NCBI GenBank assembly: GCA_963666365.2
Contig: CAXXNF010000002.1
Span: 2,176,001 to 2,240,000 of the forward strand
DNA length: 64,000 bases
Direction: 5' to 3'
Source: Syntrophales bacterium
GTDB taxonomy: Bacteria > Desulfobacterota > Syntrophia > Syntrophales > UBA2210
The notes below the pieces were generated by a model. It did not search any database, had not been told where the DNA came from, and was given only the letters and a program-made list of their open reading frames with translations. Both the position numbers and the translations under genes were made by a program. This document shows, piece after piece, positions 30,587 through 38,370 of this stretch (the first letter of the stretch is position 1; each line of letters starts with the position of its first letter).

Positions 30587-31740
30587 TTCAAAAGCACCGG
30601 CTGGTAGCGTTCGGCCTCCCCCTCGATGACTTTGCGAAAATGGCCGGCCTGATAGATGATCACATCGCCATAGGTCAGGCGTCGCTCGGCGGGGGGATAA
30701 TAGAATGCCGTGGTCAATTTTTTCTCAAAGGCATCGATCACGCGTTTGAAGGCCTCGGGACGAAGCTTTACGGGATATTTTCCCGACGATACCGCGGCGG
30801 CGCCAAGACCGTCGTCCATGCGCTGTTCCGGAAGATCGAACATCTCCACCTCGCCTTCTCCGCCCGATATGAGCCCAATGGGATCTTTTGTGACATCAGG
30901 CATTTCCTCGTCCTCAGGTGACTCTTCCTGCCCTGACTGGGGCGCTTCGACAATGAAATCGTCTCTCTGAAGAATCTTCAGGTTGAAAAGCGAGAGTGTC
31001 AGCGTTTCTGCAATAATGGAGCGGAACTCTTCCATCAGGTCCAGCACGAGCGAATAGCGGCCGTAGTCGATGGTGTGGAGGAACCCGGGATAGGGATCGA
31101 GACCGGCGATGCGGACCGCCGTGTAGACGCGGTTCATCAGAAAGGTGTAGAGCAGCGAGAGAACCGAATTCACGGGATCCGTAGGGGGCCGGCGGACACG
31201 CTTCGAAAAGCCCATATCCTCAAGAAATCCCAATGCAAAGGCCTCAAAGAACAGCGCTGTCCCCCTCCCCTCGTAGCCGCGAATACTTTCAACGCTTTCG
31301 GCGCCTTTTGCCGGTTCGATCAGATCAAGTATCCTGCGGGCCTTCTCAGCGGGCAACTTCACCTGTCTGCTTCGCTTGATCCGCATGAGCAGCGTGGCCA
31401 TGTTGGAAAGCTTGCCTGTCACGATGGCGCGGCAGACGCGAAGGGTAAATTCGGAATCATCGATGCACCGGAACTGGTGTTTTCGAAGGAAGACGTTTTT
31501 GGCCTCCTGTGCAGCGATGCGCCCGAGATAGCGGCCGCTGTAGGTAAGGAATACCACGTCGATGCCGCGGCGAAGAAGCTGCACGAAGGCCTGATGGGTA
31601 ATGTCCACATTGCCGAAGATGACAATCTGGCTCAGTTTGTAGGTAAAAAGGGTGTGATGGACGGCATCATTCTTTTTGACGAGAAGATGCCGCCCCTCTT
31701 TCACGATCTTCGATCCCTGGGTTTTGATGTATACAACCAT
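30583..31740 (-). CDS. cas1: CRISPR-associated Cas1 with an acidic C-terminal insertion
   Basis: RGYEGRG, RRPPTDPVNSVLS..Y, GLDPYPGFLH, LVLDLMEEFR. Confidence 0.96.
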   Translation of the reverse strand: MVVYIKTQGSKIVKEGRHLLVKKNDAVHHTLFTYKLSQIVIFGNVDITHQAFVQLLRRGIDVVFLTYSGRYLGRIAAQEAKNVFLRKHQFRCIDDSEFTLRVCRAIVTGKLSNMATLLMRIKRSRQVKLPAEKARRILDLIEPAKGAESVESIRGYEGRGTALFFEAFALGFLEDMGFSKRVRRPPTDPVNSVLSLLYTFLMNRVYTAVRIAGLDPYPGFLHTIDYGRYSLVLDLMEEFRSIIAETLTLSLFNLKILQRDDFIVEAPQSGQEESPEDEEMPDVTKDPIGLISGGEGEVEMFDLPEQRMDDGLGAAAVSSGKYPVKLRPEAFKRVIDAFEKKLTTAFYYPPAERRLTYGDVIIYQAGHFRKVIEGEAERYQPVLLK

Positions 31741-31846
31741 CGGCTGTCTCCTTTTTGCCGCCAGTATAGGAGACAGGCATCGCAAAGGGCAAATGTTGCA
31801 ACGTTGCAGTATGCTATTCAGTTGTCAAAGAACGGCACAGTATTCC

Positions 31847-33076
31847 CTATAATGTGGGAAAATCGAAAAATTCTTTCATTTGGACAAATTCAGTCACGGT
31901 CTCCAGGATGCCCTGGGCGGCACGCTCCCCCACCGGCCGGATGCCGTGGGCCAGAATTGATTGATTGCGATTGCTCTGAATATCCTTAATCCTTTTTTCG
32001 TACTCAAAGAACCGCGCGCCCTCTTCATGGCCTGCAGCCTTCAACACTTCGAACGTTGCCTGCAAGGGCAGCTTCATCATGCCAGTGCGGGGATCACGGT
32101 ACTTACGCATAAATTCATCACCCAGTTCCTGTGGCATTCTGGAAGGTTTCACTTTATCAGTTGGGCACCCGATCTTTTTCTCAAAGCAGATCTGCCCATA
32201 TAATTCGAGTGCACGATAGATACGTGCGGCTGCATCATCATATCGTGTATCGGCAATCCGCCGGCGTGCGTTATTGATCAGTTCTTTGACCAGGATCACG
32301 TCGAAGACCTGCATCCCCTTTGTTTTTTCCATCAACTGGGAAAGAAAGCCGATATGCGCCGCGAGTTCGGCTTTTAAAAGCCGATAGCCGTCGTCCGGAA
32401 AGTGTTTTATATAGTGGTCGAGGGCATCCGAACCCTTCTTCAAACAATCCAGCGCTTCTCTGTGGCGAAACTGCTCCCAGAATAGAAACCCATTGGCTAA
32501 AAATCGCACCACCTTGAAAAATGTCTCTATCTGCGCCGGCAGTTCGCGACAGCACAAATTGAGAATCTCTATGGCGGAAGCGTAGCGCCTCGAGTTAAAC
32601 AAGGTGACGATCTGCCGCTTTTCTTCCTCGGCAAAGGCCGACCATGGGTTCATATCGGCATACATGATCTCATGGCCGTTCTGCACAATCCCCAACCCGT
32701 CTTTTGATCGCGCATCGCCACCGACATAGTTAAATCCATAGGCATAACCGGCCGTTGCCAGCAGCAGCGCCGCCGACATCACCTTCGTACCGCCCGTGTA
32801 ATCCACCACTATGTCGCACTCGGGCACATCGTATCTCGATGCCCTGTCCACGCATCTCTTGGCTGCCTTGTAGCATTCATAGAGTGAATTAGGATTCTCT
32901 GTAATCTCATATTCAGTCTTCAGGGGCTTGAAATCCACACCACTCAGCACGTCCCCCGATTTCTGGGTGGAGTCGTGAGAGGCCAAGAAAATCAGATTTT
33001 CGGGCCGATGTTCGCCAATGCTTTTCTTCAACGGTTCCGGAGACCCGCCGAGGGATATGATCATGATTTTTTTCAT
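31847..33076 (-). CDS. TIGR02710-type CARF-HEPN effector (Csm6/Csx1-like)
   Basis: ISLGGSPEP, VDYTGGTKVMSAAL (CARF); YDDAAARIYRALE; RNQSILAHG (HEPN). Confidence 0.9.
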   Translation of the reverse strand: MKKIMIISLGGSPEPLKKSIGEHRPENLIFLASHDSTQKSGDVLSGVDFKPLKTEYEITENPNSLYECYKAAKRCVDRASRYDVPECDIVVDYTGGTKVMSAALLLATAGYAYGFNYVGGDARSKDGLGIVQNGHEIMYADMNPWSAFAEEEKRQIVTLFNSRRYASAIEILNLCCRELPAQIETFFKVVRFLANGFLFWEQFRHREALDCLKKGSDALDHYIKHFPDDGYRLLKAELAAHIGFLSQLMEKTKGMQVFDVILVKELINNARRRIADTRYDDAAARIYRALELYGQICFEKKIGCPTDKVKPSRMPQELGDEFMRKYRDPRTGMMKLPLQATFEVLKAAGHEEGARFFEYEKRIKDIQSNRNQSILAHGIRPVGERAAQGILETVTEFVQMKEFFDFPTL

Positions 33077-33155
33077 AGACGCCTCGCGTATATATGACGG
33101 GTTCATAAAATCACATGAAGCGCAGTACGTTGTGCCAGCGCTGCTGATTTCTTCA

Positions 33156-34070
33156 TCATCTAATCCGCGTCAATGCCTGTAATCCGAATATCACGTCGGA
33201 CAAATTAAGTGTGCCGTCATTGTGTAAAGAAAAGTCCGCAATTGCAGATGCCACCGCTTGATTAAGCGCTTCCTCGGTATACATGGAAGAAATTTGGGCA
33301 TTGAGTGCCGCTATGGTCTGATCCCGTTGTGCGATGATCGCGTCTTTGGCTGTTTCAGCGGATACCACTGCCTGATCCAGTTCCGCCTGCGTGTACATTG
33401 AAGCAATCTGCACATTGAGCGATTCGATGGTCTGATTCCTTTGAGTAATTATCACATCTTTTGCCGCTTCAGCCGATGCAACAGCCTGTGTAAGTTCCTC
33501 TTGCGTGCACATTGACGTGATCTGTGAATTAAGGGCCGCTATTGTCTGATCCCTTTGAGCAATGATTGCGTCCTCTGAGGCTGTGGCTGATGCAACGGCT
33601 TGATCTAGCTGAGAGTTCGTGTAAAGCGTTTCATTTATCTGCCATACATAGGTGTAATTAAATCCTTCGTTGGGATCATAGCCGGAGGTTATCATTGACT
33701 GTGTGGAATAGACGATATCAACATAACAGGTAGTTTCTCCCACAAGAGTTACTACTATTCGACTGCCGGAAACGGTATAAAAACCACAGGCCCATTGCCA
33801 TACATAGGTCCCGCTTGTATATCCTGACATTTCCATCAAAAATCCCTTGTTTGACACGGAAGCACGCCCTGTAAAGGAAGAAAAATTGTCCTGTGTCAGC
33901 GCTGAAGAACCAGGATACTGTATTGTAAAACTCTGCAACGTGTAATTTCCCATAAGATCGGTATTGGTAAAGGCATGCAAAGAACCGGAACTCAGAATTA
34001 TTGCCAAAATGATAAAAATGTAAGAGTAGGTTCTCTCTCTAAAAACGGTAACGAGTAATGGCGCCTTCAT
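33156..34070 (-). CDS. secreted protein with beta-rich head, 38-aa coiled-coil repeats and dockerin-like C-terminus
   Basis: Signal peptide; repeats MYTQAELDQAVxSAExAKDxIIAQRDQTIxxLN; tail NDGTLNLSDVIFGLQALTRIR; AAGGAGG RBS. Confidence 0.8.
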   Translation of the reverse strand: MKAPLLVTVFRERTYSYIFIILAIILSSGSLHAFTNTDLMGNYTLQSFTIQYPGSSALTQDNFSSFTGRASVSNKGFLMEMSGYTSGTYVWQWACGFYTVSGSRIVVTLVGETTCYVDIVYSTQSMITSGYDPNEGFNYTYVWQINETLYTNSQLDQAVASATASEDAIIAQRDQTIAALNSQITSMCTQEELTQAVASAEAAKDVIITQRNQTIESLNVQIASMYTQAELDQAVVSAETAKDAIIAQRDQTIAALNAQISSMYTEEALNQAVASAIADFSLHNDGTLNLSDVIFGLQALTRIR

Positions 34071-34088
34071 ATCCGGTACACGCCTCCT

Positions 34089-34370
34089 TTATTTCAGGTA
34101 ACGTTTCAGATCCCTGTAGCAATTTTCATGGGGGCCTATTGTCAAAAGATCGATTTCCGCATCGTCGAACTCATACGCCACCAGAAGCAGTTTAGATCCC
34201 GCCTTGAACTTGTACACATATACACCGGCGATATCACTTCTCTTAGGTTCCCCCGCATCGGGTTTTTTCATAATCTCTTTGATGGCTTGATCCAAAGCTT
34301 CGATTTCTTTTTTGGTGAGCCGTTTTTTGTGCCTTTCAAAAAGCGGCGACTGAAATACGTGCCGGCTCAT
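34089..34370 (-). CDS. RelE/ParE family toxin
   Basis: F.RHKKRL...PDAGEPKRSDIAGVYVYKF...LLVAYE...IGPHENCYRDLK. Confidence 0.88.
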   Translation of the reverse strand: MSRHVFQSPLFERHKKRLTKKEIEALDQAIKEIMKKPDAGEPKRSDIAGVYVYKFKAGSKLLLVAYEFDDAEIDLLTIGPHENCYRDLKRYLK

Positions 34371-34594
34371 TTCTTCTCACCAAACACATAGGGCATCTTG
34401 TCGCCCGCCTGAATCTGCGCTCTTCCGATCAGAATGTCTTTTATGAACGATATGGGAAGATCAGGATTTTCGTCCGCGACCTTGCCGAGCTTTGCCCAAT
34501 ATTCCACCTGCCCGGCAAGCGACCGGTTTTTCACCTTTGCGTACATCGCAGCATTGGCAGCAAGTTCGTCCGATATTTTAACGGCTTTCGGCAT
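34367..34594 (-). CDS. ParD-like RHH antitoxin
   Basis: MPKAVKISDEL...RSLAGQVEYWAKLGK..ENPDLP; GGAGG RBS; ATGA overlap with toxin. Confidence 0.88.
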   Translation of the reverse strand: MPKAVKISDELAANAAMYAKVKNRSLAGQVEYWAKLGKVADENPDLPISFIKDILIGRAQIQAGDKMPYVFGEKK

Positions 34595-34621
34595 GATGAT
34601 AACCTCCGATATTTTTGCAAC

Positions 34622-34650
34622 ATTATATTCCACAATGAAATACAACGCAA
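34622..34650 (-). promoter_or_regulatory. sigma70-type promoter of the TA operon
   Basis: Minus strand TTGCGT-N17-TATAAT, flanked by GTTGC half-sites. Confidence 0.65.
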
Positions 34651-34703
34651 CCTATCGTAGAGAAAGAGTTTCCCCCAGCTCCCTCTATATAGCGCAGACA
34701 TAC

Positions 34704-36215
34704 CTATGCTTCATCAATAATCCCCTTTATCTTCTGGACTTTTGTCCATTGCTTTTTTGAACAATCCTTTTTGTTCCATCTGCCCTGCATTTCCCAATAT
34801 GCTTTAATCGCCGTGGCGGCACGAGTCTTATTTTTATCGGAAAATTCATCAATCCTGCCAAATATATCGAACACCTGTCGCTCATCTATAGTGGGGTCAT
34901 TAAGTATCAGGAGGTCCCTTTCCTCGGGGGACATCGCTTCCAGTTCGGCTATTTTACGGGCCTCTTCTTTTTGCTTTGCCTCCTCTTCCAGGGCCTGTCT
35001 TTTCGCTTCTTCTTCCGCCTGTCTTGTTAATTCAGCTTGCCTGTCCAATTCCTTGCGTTCCTTTGAAATGATCTCTTCCCTCTTTATCTGCCATTCCCGT
35101 TCCATGTTTTGCAGCTCTTTGCCGCGGGTATCGTCCGTCATTTCGGCTAATTGTGCCCAACCGAACGGCTGGCGTGCGTTCATTGCATTCGGCTTTCGTG
35201 ATTCCGAGGCCAGCCACACCGTGGTGGCATGATCTTTAAAACTTCTCCTTCCCCTGCCCCCCATAATAAGAATATCTCGATGACCCTCGATGGTCACTGA
35301 TTCGGCGCCTGAATGGCGGCCGATTCTCACAGGCGCCCCGCCTTCCTTCGGCAAATATTCTTCGGTCTCAGCAGATAGACCCATTTCACGCAGCTCTCCC
35401 TTTTCTCGTTGCATTTCTTTTTCATAAAATGTCGCTGCACTTTTCAGAATTTCCGCCAATGTTACCGGTGCCCTTATATCGGCGCCTTTTTGCGGCGCTT
35501 CGACAGCAATGGTGCCCTGAAAAAGAGTTCCAGGCTCTATGATCTCGAAGATAAGAGGGATGCCACGTGCATCACGGTCTGTCGGTTTTTTCTTTTGATT
35601 TATCGCATAGACTATTCTTGTCTTCGCTTCGCCTATGGGGTTAAAATCCGAAACTTTGACCATTCTGAAGGGGTCTGATGAGATCCCTTCATATTCCATA
35701 AGCCGTTGTTCCAGTCTTTTCGCATCACGCTCTGTACCTCTTTGCGAAAGTTGTTTTTCCGCTTCTTTCAGATTGAGATAGGCCGTGCGCAGCGCCCCCT
35801 TTATTGCCGAGCCGGGAATATAGGGGCGTTGATCAATACTACGGAAAGCGGTTCGAGGGATCACAAAGCTGTTTAACTCGTTTCTGATCTTGTTCTCATT
35901 ATTCATCGGCACGCCTAGAGTCTGCTTGTAGTGTTCCAAAACGCCCCTGCACAGTGAAATAGAGCGGCCTTGCACGGTTTTTCCCGCCAGAAATTTATAA
36001 ATTTCAAGAATCGAGGCAACAGTGCCTTTTGCACAGAGTTCAGAAAAAACTTGTTTTTCATCATCGCTCAACTGTGAAACAAAGACAAAAGGATCAAACA
36101 CCACCATGCGGCATTCATTTTCGTCAATCGTAAAGCCCGTCGGTTCATATACTTCGTCGCAGCCAACATGTATGGGTGAGATCGTCCGTATATAGAATAT
36201 ATCAGGTGCTTTCAT
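34704..36215 (-). CDS. csm5: type III-A RAMP Csm5 with coiled-coil C-terminal extension
   Basis: ISPIHVGC, PYIPGSAIKGALRTA, DPFRMVKVSD, RIGRHSG, PFGWA. Confidence 0.9.
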   Translation of the reverse strand: MKAPDIFYIRTISPIHVGCDEVYEPTGFTIDENECRMVVFDPFVFVSQLSDDEKQVFSELCAKGTVASILEIYKFLAGKTVQGRSISLCRGVLEHYKQTLGVPMNNENKIRNELNSFVIPRTAFRSIDQRPYIPGSAIKGALRTAYLNLKEAEKQLSQRGTERDAKRLEQRLMEYEGISSDPFRMVKVSDFNPIGEAKTRIVYAINQKKKPTDRDARGIPLIFEIIEPGTLFQGTIAVEAPQKGADIRAPVTLAEILKSAATFYEKEMQREKGELREMGLSAETEEYLPKEGGAPVRIGRHSGAESVTIEGHRDILIMGGRGRRSFKDHATTVWLASESRKPNAMNARQPFGWAQLAEMTDDTRGKELQNMEREWQIKREEIISKERKELDRQAELTRQAEEEAKRQALEEEAKQKEEARKIAELEAMSPEERDLLILNDPTIDERQVFDIFGRIDEFSDKNKTRAATAIKAYWEMQGRWNKKDCSKKQWTKVQKIKGIIDEA

Positions 36216-37249
36216 GTGTCGATCTCCAGTCTGAATGGGATATAGGGAGCATAACCCTGCACCACGGCCTGAGGAAGGCTCAAGGATACATTCAACACCG
36301 CTCTACCTATATAGGGTTTATCAAAGACGCTCCCTTCATTTGTCAGAAAAACCGCCCCATCATCGGCCATAATGACAGGATTTTTAAAAGGGTTGATCGA
36401 TTTTGCAAGTCTGTCGCCATGTTTGCCGAAACGAACAAAAGGGGTAAAGTATACATCTGAAAATTTCTGCGGTTCCGGGACAGTGGGCGCCAGTGAATAG
36501 CAGGCATTGGCCCTTTCACAGAATGGCAATGGGACTTCGTCGCAGTCTCCCAACGTAAACTGCCCTAAGCCTGTTGACGCATCTTTACCAAATCCGAACT
36601 GCCCAATCCTTTCAAAAGCAGTACAGAGATGATCAATGTCTGTTGCATCCTCATCAATTAGAGCAAAAATTGCAAGTTCAGTCTCCGGATAATAGGAAAG
36701 GGAGCCTTCGGTGAAAGGGGCGAACATACCTTCTCCGGTCGTCATTGTAAGACGGTTGATGGTATTGTGTTGTTGATCAAACCCGGCATAAAATCGACGC
36801 TTTTTTTGCATACGCATTATTTTCTTTGTGTCTTCAGTCAATTGCATGCTTGAAGCTTTTACGAGTTGTGCATCGCCCAAAACGCACTCGGAGCTCAATT
36901 CCAGTGACAAGCTCTCTTTCATTCTCAGCCATTTCTTTTTTTTGTTTTCTTTAAGCTCTTCGAGTCGCTTTCTTCTTTCAGCCGTCTGCGACTTAAAGAT
37001 AATGGAAGTCGGTATATCAGGTCTTTTCACCGCGTAAAAAAATTTTCCGCTATCTTCCAATCTGGGCCATGCGGAAGAGAAAACCGCAAAAGGCTTTTCT
37101 GCGTAGTGCGCAACCCACTTTTCCAATCCACCTTTAAGGAGGGAGTCGTCATAGGCAGCCTGCCAGCACACATGCCCGAATATCGTATCTCCCTTTAACG
37201 GCGTGCCGAACGGTGACAGTGGCTTGATTATTATTTCGAAGAATTTCAA
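36212..37249 (-). CDS. csm4: type III-A RAMP Csm4
   Basis: LKGDTIFG, FSSAWP, HNTINR, GFGKDASTGLGQF; TTG start. Confidence 0.92.
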   Translation of the reverse strand: MKFFEIIIKPLSPFGTPLKGDTIFGHVCWQAAYDDSLLKGGLEKWVAHYAEKPFAVFSSAWPRLEDSGKFFYAVKRPDIPTSIIFKSQTAERRKRLEELKENKKKKWLRMKESLSLELSSECVLGDAQLVKASSMQLTEDTKKIMRMQKKRRFYAGFDQQHNTINRLTMTTGEGMFAPFTEGSLSYYPETELAIFALIDEDATDIDHLCTAFERIGQFGFGKDASTGLGQFTLGDCDEVPLPFCERANACYSLAPTVPEPQKFSDVYFTPFVRFGKHGDRLAKSINPFKNPVIMADDGAVFLTNEGSVFDKPYIGRAVLNVSLSLPQAVVQGYAPYIPFRLEIDT

Positions 37250-37254
37250 GGTCC

Positions 37255-37962
37255 TTACCCCCCATTTTCGAATGGATTTACAGTCTCATATTTTTTTTGG
37301 ATGGACTCCTCAGCAAAAACAAAATCTATTCTTCCATAACCACGGCTCCCGCTTCCGCCGAGGAAATCCATCTGCAGTAGTTTCAGTCCTCCCATCAGAT
37401 AATCGAGCAGTTGATCTTCTTGTCCCAACATTTTCAAACATACTGTGAAATCAAATTCCGCACCGGCCGGCACTCTTTCAGTAAAACGTGGGTTTTCCGC
37501 GGTGCCTTTTATACGGTTGATCGAGTTTTCCGACTTTACTTCGGTGAGACTGAGTCGATCTTCCCGGGTCTTGGTTAGCCAGTTTGCATTCAGAGGGCAG
37601 TCGGAAAATGATACTCTGGTAGGTCCAAGTTCCGCTATTTCCTCCGAGTCGGCGCCGCTGGCGCCGAAAAGTTTCAGAATATTCTTACACTTTTCTCGTT
37701 TGACACCTTCCAGCCCATTGAGATCTTTCGCCTGCAAGGGTTTTCCGGCTGTTTTCACCATAAGACCGCTTTCCATTTCAAGAAGGGAGCGCACCTTTCC
37801 TTTAATGGATGAACCGGGAATATAAGGATGTCCTGTATGCGGGTGCTTCACCACCGGATTATCTGTACCGCCAATGTGCATTTCTGTATCGCCCGCACCA
37901 ATATGAAGGCCGCTTTTTAAAATTATTTTCCCTTTGATTTCTTTAATATCCAGAAGTTGCAT
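37255..37962 (-). CDS. csm3: type III-A RAMP Csm3
   Basis: GLHIGAG, IGGTDNPVVK (catalytic Asp), PYIPGSSIKGKVRS, LGGSGSRGYG. Confidence 0.95.
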   Translation of the reverse strand: MQLLDIKEIKGKIILKSGLHIGAGDTEMHIGGTDNPVVKHPHTGHPYIPGSSIKGKVRSLLEMESGLMVKTAGKPLQAKDLNGLEGVKREKCKNILKLFGASGADSEEIAELGPTRVSFSDCPLNANWLTKTREDRLSLTEVKSENSINRIKGTAENPRFTERVPAGAEFDFTVCLKMLGQEDQLLDYLMGGLKLLQMDFLGGSGSRGYGRIDFVFAEESIQKKYETVNPFENGG

Positions 37963-37973
37963 CGTATTCCCTC

Positions 37974-38360
37974 CTACTTTTCTCCGTATTTTCTGTAAAA
38001 TCCCATGAATGCTTCGAAAAAACTGGCGAACACATCAAGATCTTTATAATTTTCTATCTGGCCTATGCCGTCTTTCATAAAGTCCAAAAATTCTTTCGAA
38101 ACTTTTTTTCTCCCCTCTGCATAGGCAGCTTTAGCTATCACCATGTTGACAAAGGGTACAATGTTATCCCAATCATCAGGATTACCCTTCGAAATGGCAT
38201 TGAGGCGTATAATTTCGTCGAAAAATTTGCGCAACTGTGATCTTTTATTCATGTCTTTATTGCCGCTTTTGTAAATCGTATCGGCCCAGCTCATGGCAAT
38301 ATCCGAAAAAAGGGTGGGATTTAGAGTGCGTTTTTCCTTGTCCTTGTAAAATGTGATCAT
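37974..38360 (-). CDS. csm2: type III-A small subunit Csm2
   Basis: SQLRKFFDE, AKAAYAEGR, FFEAFMGFY. Confidence 0.92.
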   Translation of the reverse strand: MITFYKDKEKRTLNPTLFSDIAMSWADTIYKSGNKDMNKRSQLRKFFDEIIRLNAISKGNPDDWDNIVPFVNMVIAKAAYAEGRKKVSKEFLDFMKDGIGQIENYKDLDVFASFFEAFMGFYRKYGEK

Positions 38361-38370
38361 GGTTTCCTCC

